A DNA stretch of 55,921 bases from a virus (IMGVR_UViG_2541047806_000003:1-55921), one strand, 5' to 3'; positions 36,044 to 45,219 are shown, counted from the stretch's first letter. Numbers and translations: made by a program. The notes: generated by a model not told the origin, from the letters alone.

Positions 36044-36233
36044 CCTTCACCTCGCGACGATAGATTTCTACTGGCTTAACCGGAATAGCGTTAAAATCCC
36101 CTTCATCCAGTGCGGCAATAAACGTTAGCGCCAACCGTGCTTCAACACCGCTTAAATACTTGCACCATGCATCACCGTTATAATCTTCAAAAAGAATAAT
36201 CACTTTTTTTCATGTTTATCTCTTGTTGTTTCA

Positions 36234-36956
36234 TTATTCACCCCGTGTCACTCGTTTAATTTCGTTATCAGCCCGCGCCTCTTCTTTGAACAATTCAGTA
36301 ATGGCGTCTTCATAGAAAGCACGGTATTTCTTCCACCACGTTGATCGGCTTACCGGAAATACAAGCTGATTAACCGCACGCCGGACAAGATCTACAGGGA
36401 AACGCGAGTACCCGCGCCCGCCGCAATGCTGGCACGTTTTGAACACTGGCATTTCCGCTGCTTCACTGGCTGCTTTATCCGGTATCTCGCCGCGCCCTTT
36501 GCATCGTTTACAATGATTGAGAACTTTTCCATGCCCCTTGCATTTTTTGCAAAGGTGTTTTTCTCCGTAGTCGTCAAACGTAAATTTATATCCGCCGCAA
36601 TCCATACAAGTTTTTTCTGTCGCGGCACTCTGGCAGTAATCCCGAAACGCGAAAACGGCAACAAGAATAATAAGATCATTGCGTTTGTCCTCGTCCAGCT
36701 CCATGACGTATTCGTAATCTTTTGCCATAGCTCTTAAACGCTCTGTAAGCAAAACTACGGCCCTGTGTTTTTCGGCTTGCGATAGTTCCATCTTCCCTAA
36801 AAAAGCGCTATAACCAAGCTCTACGCGCGATTGCGCCATACCTGCTGCGGTTAGTGCATCAGTAGTATTAAGCGAGTCTGGGGACGTGCCCCGGCTTTCA
36901 TCTGACAAACGCGGTGATTTTGGGAGGTGGAATTTAAGAATAGATTCCAAATTCAT
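36234..36956 (-). CDS. Q-like late-gene regulator candidate with DnaJ-type zinc finger (four CxxCxGxG-like repeats)
   Basis: 240 aa; CMDCGG, CKKCKGHG, CKRCKGRG, CQHCGGRG; sits after rusA/ninG as Q does in lambdoid phages. Confidence 0.45.
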   Translation of the reverse strand: MNLESILKFHLPKSPRLSDESRGTSPDSLNTTDALTAAGMAQSRVELGYSAFLGKMELSQAEKHRAVVLLTERLRAMAKDYEYVMELDEDKRNDLIILVAVFAFRDYCQSAATEKTCMDCGGYKFTFDDYGEKHLCKKCKGHGKVLNHCKRCKGRGEIPDKAASEAAEMPVFKTCQHCGGRGYSRFPVDLVRRAVNQLVFPVSRSTWWKKYRAFYEDAITELFKEEARADNEIKRVTRGE

Positions 36957-37150
36957 TATTTACCCCCGTAACGTGCAACCAGTCTTTTGCGATCAGATAT
37001 TGATTGCACTAGCTTTCTTTCAAGCTCTTTAAGCGCAAGCAATTCTCGCATGTGGAAAACATGTATTTGTCGTACAGTTTCCAAATCATGCTCGTCGCGC
37101 TGAATATCTATTTGCAGATCTTTAATTTCGTTTTTCATTGTTACCACCAC
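36956..37150 (-). CDS. Small coiled-coil protein
   Basis: 64 aa, coupled between rusA and Q-like gene. Confidence 0.4.
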   Translation of the reverse strand: MVVTMKNEIKDLQIDIQRDEHDLETVRQIHVFHMRELLALKELERKLVQSISDRKRLVARYGGK

Positions 37151-37542
37151 ATATTAGTCAAGTATTCGTTAATATCCGGTAACAGGTCGCCGCGTTCGCG
37201 TACCTTGATAAACAATCGCCCTCTTTTTACCTTCCGGCAGCGGACAAATTTCATTGCGTCAACCTGGCTATCATCAGCCCAAAAACCGGAATAAGTTATA
37301 GCGTCAAATAATGCCTTCCCTACATTGTCAATATCGCGGCGTCTGTTATCTGGCGGTGCAATATACACCGTTATTGATAGCCTACACTTAAGATTAATTT
37401 TCAGATTAAGCAGTTTTATAATGTCTTTTACCTGCTCCCTGTATTCCTTACCTTCCTTGCTTATATAGTGGAAACCGCGCGAATGCCGGTAATATTTATT
37501 GTTCGATGGCGGGTAAGGCAGGCTAAAAGTATATTCATTCAT
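37141..37542 (-). CDS. rusA: Holliday-junction resolvase RusA
   Basis: 133 aa; N-terminal FSLPYPPSNNKYYRHSRG typical of RusA. Confidence 0.85.
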   Translation of the reverse strand: MNEYTFSLPYPPSNNKYYRHSRGFHYISKEGKEYREQVKDIIKLLNLKINLKCRLSITVYIAPPDNRRRDIDNVGKALFDAITYSGFWADDSQVDAMKFVRCRKVKRGRLFIKVRERGDLLPDINEYLTNMWW

Positions 37543-38144
37543 GCTGCCTTTCTCCTTAAGGCGTCCAATTTCGCCTGGTAAACTTTAATGATCTCCTTGC
37601 ATTCTTCGATCGTCCATTTATGCGTATCGTTGTTGTTCTCCAGAGCTACCACCCTGGCGAGGCCAATTTTTCGAATCAGCGCCGGGCGATACCCTCCGAT
37701 GTTGCCGTCTAGTATCTGGTTGCAGTGCCTACATTGCTTGTGGGCGTTATCTTCATTGAAGCGAAGGTGTCCGGCGGCGGCTACAGTCCTATAATGGCCC
37801 GCATCGTATCCGCATTGCTCACCGTAATAAGTCCCGCAGGATATACACGGCAAACTCGCGTCACGCTCTCGGATATAGGCATTAAATACAGCTTGTGCCT
37901 GCTTTAACCAATAACTACGCGGATTTAACTGCCTCCGCTTCCGGTTGCGTTCTTCACGCTGGCTATCACGGCGTTTCTTCCGTTCCATAGCCTTCATAGC
38001 CTTCTCACGGTCGCGGCATAGCTGATCAAACTTCAGCTCTTCCAGACACTCATCACTGCACCACGTTTGATTGTGATATTTAGGCTCAAAAAAAACGCCG
38101 CAGCATTTGCAACGGCGTCTTATTGGTTTTTTAGGGTTCTGCAT
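37539..38144 (-). CDS. ninG: NinG/Rap-like recombination protein
   Basis: Cys-rich (CKCCGVFFEP...CISCG...CRHCN), Arg/Lys-rich; start set to MQNPKK (SD GGGGTGG). Confidence 0.7.
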   Translation of the reverse strand: MQNPKKPIRRRCKCCGVFFEPKYHNQTWCSDECLEELKFDQLCRDREKAMKAMERKKRRDSQREERNRKRRQLNPRSYWLKQAQAVFNAYIRERDASLPCISCGTYYGEQCGYDAGHYRTVAAAGHLRFNEDNAHKQCRHCNQILDGNIGGYRPALIRKIGLARVVALENNNDTHKWTIEECKEIIKVYQAKLDALRRKAA

Positions 38145-38158
38145 AAAAACCACCCCGA

Positions 38159-38335
38159 TTATTTTTGATTCTCTGTTTCGTTCAGCCTTTCGGCGTGTCC
38201 GGCCCTTAGCGAGTGATCTACACATTCGTTGCACTCGTTACATTCTCCTTTTTTCGTGCTGCATACATTGCACATTGCACGCATGACGCTTTCTCGTTCA
38301 TAGTCGTCATGCCATTGGTAATCATCAAAAGACAT
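38159..38335 (-). CDS. Small Cys-rich protein (NinF-position)
   Basis: 58 aa, CNVCSTKKGECNECNEC, SD AGGAG. Confidence 0.35.
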   Translation of the reverse strand: MSFDDYQWHDDYERESVMRAMCNVCSTKKGECNECNECVDHSLRAGHAERLNETENQK

Positions 38336-38493
38336 AATGCTCTCTCCTTTTCAGGTGATTTCTACGCATTTCAGCGCTGCCGGATTTTTAAAGAGCATTT
38401 TGTTTGCTTGAAGTATACAAAATGGATACCCCAAACAAGGCAAAAAGCGCCATTATGTGATCCGCATCACGCAATGACGCCATTTTGTAAATT

Positions 38494-39258
38494 TCAGTCC
38501 GGTAAAACGCGGTTAAGCGTAGTACGATTGATGGCCCAGTCGTTAGCCAGGAATACAGCACGGGCAAAGCCGCGCGGCGTTAGTGAGCGGATCATCTTAG
38601 TGCGTTTCGACTTTCCTCCTAACTTAGCGTGCTGTTTGCTGTCTTCCCATTCATCCGGCATAGGTACAGGCCGGAATAGCGGCTGCTTAAATCCATTCCC
38701 GCACCAGATACAAGTTTTCTTCGTGTAGGCGTCGCGGTCGGCGATGTATTCCGGGAAAGCTGGATGCTTATCATCTTCCGGCAGGTAGCCACCGTAAGCG
38801 CACGGATTAAAGATAAAATCCGGTTTACGCCATAACGTTGACAGTGCGCCCACCGGATTTTCCACCATCCACGGGACGTGGTACATATCAGCAAGCGTTT
38901 CTACCAGTTTTGCGTTGTATGCCGCCTTCTGCTGGAAGTAAGGATCTTTTTTCCGCTTATCAGCAAACCAGCGAGCGCCGGACACCGCAAGATCGTCGCA
39001 CGGAGGAAAGCCCAGGATAATGTCAGGATCTGGATAAACAGACAATTCAGGGGAGAACATTGCCAGGAAATGGCTGTCAATCCATACGTTGACATACTCA
39101 ATGTTCGGATGAATGATTTTGACGCCTTCATAATCGCCGTGATTAGCGCCATCATAGTTGAAGCAATAGCATTTATAACCAGCGTCGGCCCAATCTTTAA
39201 CGGCGTATCCGCTGCCGTCGTACAGCGACCACACCACCCAATTTCTAAGCCCACTCAT
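38494..39258 (-). CDS. Putative DNA (cytosine-5) methyltransferase-like protein (short)
   Basis: 254 aa; motif-IV-like GFPPCDDLAVSG and motif-VI-like VENPVGAL; LYDGSGY resembles motif I. Confidence 0.5.
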   Translation of the reverse strand: MSGLRNWVVWSLYDGSGYAVKDWADAGYKCYCFNYDGANHGDYEGVKIIHPNIEYVNVWIDSHFLAMFSPELSVYPDPDIILGFPPCDDLAVSGARWFADKRKKDPYFQQKAAYNAKLVETLADMYHVPWMVENPVGALSTLWRKPDFIFNPCAYGGYLPEDDKHPAFPEYIADRDAYTKKTCIWCGNGFKQPLFRPVPMPDEWEDSKQHAKLGGKSKRTKMIRSLTPRGFARAVFLANDWAINRTTLNRVLPD

Positions 39259-39758
39259 TTCCTACCCTCGAACGTAAAGTAGCGGCGCATGATGATAGTG
39301 ATCACCGTTACCGCCGCCATTTTTGAGATGAATTGCATAGCTGATATTTCCGGCATGAATGCCATAAACGATAGCGTGGGAAAAATTAACGCATCGCCAA
39401 TGGCGGACGCTATATTTGCAGGCCAGCGTTTAGAATCGAAATCACCAGGTAAAACCCGGTAAACGCCGCCAGAAATAAGCGCACCGGAAACAACCGCGAC
39501 GAATGACGCGATCGCCACCATTCCGGCGTCGTAATTTATCAGCACCGTGATTGCGCCAGCGGCGGCGCATGTTGTAGCCGACCATTTAAGGCCGCCGCCA
39601 TATAACAGAAAATCACGAATCATCATATTGACACACACGGCGGCTACCGTGGTGATCGGAATTACCCACGGGCCACAGTGGTTAACAATAAGATTGATGA
39701 TAACGAAAACGGCGACATAAACGCAGGCTAATAACCTGTCAATTGCCACCATCTTCAT
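39255..39758 (-). CDS. VUT/YhhQ-like (DUF165) membrane transporter homolog
   Basis: 167 aa, 4-5 TM helices; KRWPANIASAIGDALIFPTLSFMAF resembles YhhQ conserved region. Confidence 0.5.
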   Translation of the reverse strand: MKMVAIDRLLACVYVAVFVIINLIVNHCGPWVIPITTVAAVCVNMMIRDFLLYGGGLKWSATTCAAAGAITVLINYDAGMVAIASFVAVVSGALISGGVYRVLPGDFDSKRWPANIASAIGDALIFPTLSFMAFMPEISAMQFISKMAAVTVITIIMRRYFTFEGRK

Positions 39759-40077
39759 TTAGCTCTCCCTCCCGATCCGCTAATATCTGTTCGGCCTTAA
39801 GCGCGTTATAAGCAATAAGGTCTATAAGAGTGTCGAGCGGATCAGTTCCATTAGCGAGAATAGCCCCTAAACGCGCTTCCTTGAGGCAAATCATTAGATC
39901 CCATACATCAAGTGGGGTTAAATTTGCATTCATCTTAGCGTTGAAAATAGCCGCTATTTTTGGCGCTGATTTTTCTTCTTTTCGATCGTATCCGTTTTCC
40001 TCCCCTCTTGCCTCGATAGTTTCAGCCGCAAGTCTCAGCAATTCAGCCGCTTTATTCATTTTCTGCACCTCTTGCAT
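39739..40077 (-). CDS. Hypothetical protein
   Basis: 112 aa ORF. Confidence 0.45.
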   Translation of the reverse strand: MQEVQKMNKAAELLRLAAETIEARGEENGYDRKEEKSAPKIAAIFNAKMNANLTPLDVWDLMICLKEARLGAILANGTDPLDTLIDLIAYNALKAEQILADREGELNEDGGN

Positions 40078-40603
40078 ATAGCTCTTTACGTGTTATCTGC
40101 GTGAAAATACATTCATGTCTGCATCGTGGATGCCAGATCAGGAACAAGCTCCCCTTATTGTTCCCGCTTACTGGTTTCCCTGTTGCAGCATTGATAAACG
40201 CCAGACGCCCGCGCGTGATTAATCGGCATTCGTTTGCCGTCTCCACGCCGTTCATAAACCAGCTAACAGAAATGTCAGCGGGCAATAGCATTACACAGCC
40301 AATATGATTTCGTTGATGTTCAAGCGCCGCCTTATCAACGAATGGCCCAGGATTAGAATATGGTGGATTAAGCCAAACATACTCACCAGGCATTGCCACC
40401 GCTCCCCACGGATAATGCAACGTGTCCATTTCTTCGGTTATATATCGCGGAACTAGCGCGTTTGCTTTGTTTGCCGCCACGTCCGCGACAAATTCAAATT
40501 CGCGGTCCATTCCTCTGAAAACTGGTTTAGGCGTCTGCCATAGATCTTTAATTTCCTTTGGAGTGTGACTACCTCCAAAATCATTTTTCATCATGACCCC
40601 CAT
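40052..40603 (-). CDS. Phage-type DNA N6-adenine methyltransferase (Dam-like)
   Basis: NPPYS motif (VWLNPPYSNPGPF); alternative starts at 40594/40591. Confidence 0.75.
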   Translation of the reverse strand: MGVMMKNDFGGSHTPKEIKDLWQTPKPVFRGMDREFEFVADVAANKANALVPRYITEEMDTLHYPWGAVAMPGEYVWLNPPYSNPGPFVDKAALEHQRNHIGCVMLLPADISVSWFMNGVETANECRLITRGRLAFINAATGKPVSGNNKGSLFLIWHPRCRHECIFTQITRKELYARGAENE

Positions 40604-40854
40604 CAGAAATAATCCTGATCAGTACCCCACCGATTATTTAGATACCCAACCAACCACACAAAACGCTCAATGCTGATTAGTGGGGCAACCTTGCGATAAT
40701 GCTTCTCTAATATCAGCCGCGTGGCTTTATCGCTGTAGCCGTTCTTCTCTACCTCCGCTTTGCAGGCCGAAAGCGCGGCGCGGGCGGCAGTCTTTACGGC
40801 GTTAAATTGCGGCTCTGACATATTGAATAAAGCCATAGGATCACCATTCATCCT
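40603..40854 (-). CDS. Hypothetical protein (start moved to MNGDPMALF)
   Basis: ORF-track N-terminus overlaps neighbouring membrane ORF. Confidence 0.4.
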   Translation of the reverse strand, partial: RMNGDPMALFNMSEPQFNAVKTAARAALSACKAEVEKNGYSDKATRLILEKHYRKVAPLISIERFVWLVGYLNNRWGTDQDYF

Positions 40855-41074
40855 AATCACGCGAAACAGTAAAGCAAAAACCGATGAATGCGCTACCAGC
40901 CAATAAAGCGCGTACAGTAAAAAGAATGCTTTCAATGTCGTTAAATTCAGGTACTGACCATGTAACAAAAATCATACCCAGCGTAAATATGACGATAGCG
41001 CCACTGAACACCAAAAAAACAAAAAGCGTAACCAAAAGCCACGCCTTTAACCAGTTTAAAAAGCTCTTAACCAT
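40853..41074 (-). CDS. Small membrane protein
   Basis: 73 aa, two hydrophobic helices. Confidence 0.35.
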   Translation of the reverse strand: MVKSFLNWLKAWLLVTLFVFLVFSGAIVIFTLGMIFVTWSVPEFNDIESILFTVRALLAGSAFIGFCFTVSRD

Positions 41075-41075
41075 T

Positions 41076-41279
41076 TTAAACCTCGTCTATTACACCGTCT
41101 TTCACCCGCTCTTTTATATCCCATACATGAGGTTTGCATATTTCCTGATAATAGTGATCAGGCCTGCTGCCGAAATACCATTTGCCTTCCATATAAAAGT
41201 AAACGCCCGAAAAGTTTCCGGGCGCTGCCTTTGTTGCTGCTTCTGGGATTTTCCACTCTTTATAGCGTTTATACTTCAT
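41076..41279 (-). CDS. Hypothetical protein
   Basis: 67 aa ORF. Confidence 0.4.
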   Translation of the reverse strand: MKYKRYKEWKIPEAATKAAPGNFSGVYFYMEGKWYFGSRPDHYYQEICKPHVWDIKERVKDGVIDEV

Positions 41280-41460
41280 ACATTTTTACCGCCTGTTTTA
41301 GATCTTTTAATGTGCAAGGCATCAAGCGAAAATGCTGAACGCCTTTAATGATGCAGATTAGGTAAATGTCACCGATTGAGTTGTAGTAATAACATCCGCA
41401 ATAACCGACACCAGCTAATTTGGCGTTGTCCGGTAACTTATATTCTCCAACGCATTTCAT
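41269..41460 (-). CDS. Hypothetical protein
   Basis: 63 aa ORF. Confidence 0.4.
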   Translation of the reverse strand: MKCVGEYKLPDNAKLAGVGYCGCYYYNSIGDIYLICIIKGVQHFRLMPCTLKDLKQAVKMYEV

Positions 41461-41558
41461 ATATCACCTCATATGGTATTCAATAAACCATCTGATAAAC
41501 AGGCATAAGGCAATAAAACCCCAGCAACAGCACATATAAAACAATGTGTCGTCCATAA

Positions 41559-41777
41559 TTAAGCCTCAATAACACCGTAATCAAACGCACCTAAATACCG
41601 TTCGATGCTTACAACCTCAATACCATCAATGCACCGTTTCCACACAGACACCTGGCTTTCATTTCCCCGGAAGTGCATATTAGAAAGCACTTCATCGGCT
41701 GGATAGCTTTTCCCGGCGACGTAGGCATCATGGCCTACGCCACCCTCAACGCAATAAAGCATGTATTCGCGGGCCAT
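41559..41777 (-). CDS. Hypothetical protein
   Basis: 72 aa ORF. Confidence 0.4.
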   Translation of the reverse strand: MAREYMLYCVEGGVGHDAYVAGKSYPADEVLSNMHFRGNESQVSVWKRCIDGIEVVSIERYLGAFDYGVIEA

Positions 41778-41876
41778 CTTGTTTTCCTCCGTGCCGTAAA
41801 CCTTTTGATTTCGGTTTACAAAACGGATACGCGATCACAACACAAAATGTATATTTATGTGATCGCAATCACGCTG

Positions 41877-42506
41877 TTAATGCAGTACACGTTTTTCCGG
41901 TTCAGGCATTGGCTGTGAGTTTTTCCGTGCATCATTAAGCACAGCTATAGCCGCCTGCACGCCGAAATCATTTGCACGCATATCAGTGCCAACCATTTCG
42001 CCGTAAAACAATGGCATAAGGTGTTTAACTTCTTCTTCTTCGTAACCGTCATCAACGAACTTCTCTAGCAATTTAACTTCAAACAGTTTTTTCATCATGT
42101 CACGCATAGTATGCAGTGCAATGCTACCCATATGATTTTCATCCAGCGGGAAGATAACAGCACTTCCGAACGCCATCGGGTCAATCTCTTCCGGCACTGG
42201 CACTCGACCAAAATCCTCTTCCATGCGTTTTACGAAAGTAAGGCAGAAGACATAACGAGCTACAACCGTTTTTTCTTCAGCGTTTAAAGAAACATAATCG
42301 CGGATCGACGCGTCCATCACAATATCAACGATCTGCATAGCCAGGTTTAAATCAGCGTCATACGCGCCAGCTTCCATATCTTTTAATACTTCGTGATAAT
42401 CCTTCGTTTCCACTTCATGAACACTTGCGTCTTCAGTGTAGCGAGTGATTAACATGCCATTGCCGCCAAGTGAATAAGCTGTTTTGATGTCGTTCATGAT
42501 GTTCAT
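41877..42506 (-). CDS. Hypothetical protein
   Basis: 209 aa ORF. Confidence 0.5.
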   Translation of the reverse strand: MNIMNDIKTAYSLGGNGMLITRYTEDASVHEVETKDYHEVLKDMEAGAYDADLNLAMQIVDIVMDASIRDYVSLNAEEKTVVARYVFCLTFVKRMEEDFGRVPVPEEIDPMAFGSAVIFPLDENHMGSIALHTMRDMMKKLFEVKLLEKFVDDGYEEEEVKHLMPLFYGEMVGTDMRANDFGVQAAIAVLNDARKNSQPMPEPEKRVLH

Positions 42507-42510
42507 CCTT

Positions 42511-42843
42511 TTATAGTGGGTGATGCCATTTCATTTCAGTTTCTGGGTTGAACGGGTTTCCTTCACTTGAAAGGAATAAATCACGCGCCCGTTTTAGCTC
42601 TTCCTGGCCTATTTCTATTTCATCAATCTGACCGAACGATCCAGGCATCATCCGTTTTAAATCAGATAGCGGGCGCATAAGGCCGCAACCGCGCAACAAC
42701 ATGTCTAACGCGAACTGTCGCCGCCCTGCTGCATCATTAAAGCGACGCGCCCACGGTACACACACGATCCGGCGTTCGAACTCAATAAATAGTGATAGCT
42801 TATTTGTTTCGCTATCATAGGCCTTATGTAATTTAATTTTCAT
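42511..42843 (-). CDS. Hypothetical protein
   Basis: 110 aa ORF. Confidence 0.45.
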   Translation of the reverse strand: MKIKLHKAYDSETNKLSLFIEFERRIVCVPWARRFNDAAGRRQFALDMLLRGCGLMRPLSDLKRMMPGSFGQIDEIEIGQEELKRARDLFLSSEGNPFNPETEMKWHHPL

Positions 42844-43024
42844 TTAACACCTCAACATATTGTTCAAGATGCCATTTACCCACCTCGTCGTCTTCTTCAT
42901 CAAATAATGTTACTTGACCCCCTGACCCGAAAGAAAAGGCAGCGACAATAAATTTATAGCCATACCACGTGCGGATCTTTTCGCCGCCTTTCAGGTCTTT
43001 AACTTTCACTAATTTTATAGCCAT
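42833..43024 (-). CDS. Hypothetical protein
   Basis: 63 aa ORF. Confidence 0.4.
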   Translation of the reverse strand: MAIKLVKVKDLKGGEKIRTWYGYKFIVAAFSFGSGGQVTLFDEEDDEVGKWHLEQYVEVLNEN

Positions 43025-43290
43025 ACGCCAAACATCCCATTCAGTCCGGCGAACAATTTCCGCCAGTGGTTTTCAACATAAGCACGGAACGGCTTAACGC
43101 GAACATTGTGGGCCTTTAGTTCAATCTCATCAAAGTAGCGCGGTTCTATGATTGTTCCGTCCAGGTATTTAACCACTAGCGGGCGCTCGAGATCGTTATA
43201 TATCTTATTCAGTACAACCAGGCCAGGGTCATCACGATATTCAGGCAACACAACAAGATCACCAGCCTTTGCATCCCATGTTTTCATCAC
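43015..43290 (-). CDS. Hypothetical protein
   Basis: 91 aa ORF. Confidence 0.45.
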   Translation of the reverse strand: MMKTWDAKAGDLVVLPEYRDDPGLVVLNKIYNDLERPLVVKYLDGTIIEPRYFDEIELKAHNVRVKPFRAYVENHWRKLFAGLNGMFGVWL

Positions 43291-43406
43291 GGCAACCCTC
43301 TAAAAATAAAGCTAACCAACGCAGCAAATGCGCCACAAGAAACAACCACAAACAGGAAGCAAATAATGCAAAACGCGACAGTCACAATATCCTTACCGAC
43401 TTTCAT
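43287..43406 (-). CDS. Small hydrophobic peptide MKVGKDIVTVAFCIICFLFVVVSCGAFAALVSFIFRGLP
   Basis: 39 aa, ATGA overlap with downstream ORF. Confidence 0.3.
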   Translation of the reverse strand: MKVGKDIVTVAFCIICFLFVVVSCGAFAALVSFIFRGLP

Positions 43407-43414
43407 GATTGGCC

Positions 43415-43528
43415 TCACATGTTAGTAATGAGTTTAATGATCGCTACCGTGATATAAAGAGATACACTGAGATACAGCACGGCGATAGATAAAGCCGCAA
43501 GCAATGCGGCAATTTTTGCAAAGCTCAT
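43415..43528 (-). CDS. Small hydrophobic peptide MSFAKIAALLAALSIAVLYLSVSLYITVAIIKLITNM
   Basis: 37 aa, ATGA overlap with upstream ORF stop. Confidence 0.3.
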   Translation of the reverse strand: MSFAKIAALLAALSIAVLYLSVSLYITVAIIKLITNM

Positions 43529-43749
43529 TTGCCACCCTCCGCAATTAACTTATCAAGCCATTTGTTATTAGCCAGCCGTTCGGCATCTTCGCCGAATGAT
43601 TTACGGTCGCTTAATTCCTGGCGAGTAGGCTTAGGCCATTTATCGTGCCACCCTGCAGACGTTTCGAACTCATACAGGCCGCCGTCAAAACAAATAAGCT
43701 CATCACAACCGTCAGGAATTTCCTTGTCTACTTCTTTTTCTTCAATCAT
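43525..43749 (-). CDS. Hypothetical protein
   Basis: 74 aa ORF. Confidence 0.4.
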   Translation of the reverse strand: MIEEKEVDKEIPDGCDELICFDGGLYEFETSAGWHDKWPKPTRQELSDRKSFGEDAERLANNKWLDKLIAEGGK

Positions 43750-43761
43750 GATAACACCTCA

Positions 43762-44040
43762 TTAATCGTTAATGACCTGGCCCATACGCCCGCGATATTT
43801 GCGCATACGTGGATCGACATATTCAGGCCAGTGCATATCCGGTTTTCTTTGCAGCGGATAAAAACTTGCCTGCCAGTTGTCGAACCATATTTGTTTTGCG
43901 TACAGGTCACTAAATCTTTTTGCCATCCGTTCCGCTGCCGTGCCGCATAAAAAAAGCCCGCGATCGATTTGATCACAGGCTTCTTTTAATACTTGCTCTT
44001 TTGTTCGTGGCGGTGGTGGCGGTTTTAGATAATCAACCAT
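43762..44040 (-). CDS. Hypothetical protein
   Basis: 92 aa ORF. Confidence 0.45.
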   Translation of the reverse strand: MVDYLKPPPPPRTKEQVLKEACDQIDRGLFLCGTAAERMAKRFSDLYAKQIWFDNWQASFYPLQRKPDMHWPEYVDPRMRKYRGRMGQVIND

Positions 44041-44055
44041 CGCTAACCTATTGGA

Positions 44056-44460
44056 TCAAAACGGGATATCGTCATCAAAGTCCATCGGCGGATTATTCCC
44101 GTTATTATTCTGCTGCTGCGGAGGCGCTTTCTGCTGCTGGCCTTGTTGGTTAACGTTCATGAATTCAAATTCGTTAACCGCCACTTCTACCGCCGTTCCC
44201 TTCGTGCCGTCGTTCCGGTCATATTGCCGAACATCCAGGCGACCGCTTACCACTATTTTTCCACCCTTGCGGATATGTGGCGCTAATTTTTCCGCACGCT
44301 CACCAAATACCAGGCAAGTGACCCACATTGTCCGCTTATTATCGCCGTAGCCATTCGTTACAGCTAACGGAAAACTACCAATCGCTTTCCCGTTTTGTGT
44401 GTAGCGAACCTCCATATCATTACCGATATTCCCGCCCAGCGTGATTGAATTTAAACTCAT
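44056..44460 (-). CDS. ssb: Single-stranded DNA-binding protein
   Basis: 134 aa; Gln/Asn-rich linker and acidic tail DFDDDIPF. Confidence 0.85.
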   Translation of the reverse strand: MSLNSITLGGNIGNDMEVRYTQNGKAIGSFPLAVTNGYGDNKRTMWVTCLVFGERAEKLAPHIRKGGKIVVSGRLDVRQYDRNDGTKGTAVEVAVNEFEFMNVNQQGQQQKAPPQQQNNNGNNPPMDFDDDIPF

Positions 44461-45104
44461 TAACCCATCTCCCCGTTAAGCTCTGCTACCCGGATGTCAT
44501 AAACATCTTTTGCCTTGATTCGATGTTCCGATCCTTCCGGTAGTAATTTCCAGCATTTGCCAAATATTTCACGCAGCTTGTTAGCGTCCTGCGCTTTCGC
44601 TGCTGCATCACAGAAACGTGCTAATACTTCATCAGGATTTGGCGGCGCTTTCTGCTGCTGTGGTTGTTGTTTTGGTGGGTTTTTCTGCTGGCGAGGCTGC
44701 TGGCCTGTCTGCTTAGCGTATGCGTCAGTATCAGGATCTCGCGCATCATCAATGCAGAATAAACCGTTCAAAGCATATTTTCGCGCGTAACTTGATGTCG
44801 CACCTGTTAGCTGGCTTGCGTCCATTCCCTTCTTGCTTTCTTCTTCCCTGGCGTAAGCCGTTACCGCTATTTCGTCTTCACCGTCGCTTAGCGTCGCCGT
44901 AGCTTTCACATAATAGCGATTGCCGATCAGGACAATTTCATCGCTTACAGTCAGCGTAATACTTTGAAGCAGTGGTTTAACCGCCTCTAAAATATCCTCC
45001 GCCGACCTGTAATTATATCCACCAAAATTATTACGCTGATTTTTCGGCGCGTTCAGCGTTTGCTGAATCGTCCATAGCTTTTTATGTAACTCTGTTTTCA
45101 CCAT
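44460..45104 (-). CDS. Erf-family single-strand annealing protein
   Basis: 214 aa; FGGYNYRSAEDILEAVKPLL typical of Erf family; adjacent to ssb. Confidence 0.75.
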   Translation of the reverse strand: MVKTELHKKLWTIQQTLNAPKNQRNNFGGYNYRSAEDILEAVKPLLQSITLTVSDEIVLIGNRYYVKATATLSDGEDEIAVTAYAREEESKKGMDASQLTGATSSYARKYALNGLFCIDDARDPDTDAYAKQTGQQPRQQKNPPKQQPQQQKAPPNPDEVLARFCDAAAKAQDANKLREIFGKCWKLLPEGSEHRIKAKDVYDIRVAELNGEMG

Positions 45105-45219
45105 TTAATCTCCCGTGCTGTTAACACTATGTATAAGGCTTTATTCGCGGCGCTCCACATTTCGGCATCGTGAAGCATTTCCGCTACTGCCAGTTTGAAT
45201 TGAAGCGCCTGAATAACCA
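45097..45219 (-). CDS. Small hypothetical protein between N-like and erf
   Basis: 40 aa, strong SD GGAGGTGA, stop overlaps erf start. Confidence 0.3.

Noticed and set aside
36044-36210. Small ORF between the Q-like gene and the next cargo gene
   Set aside because: Requires a GTG start with no SD and overlaps the downstream gene start; too weak to call.
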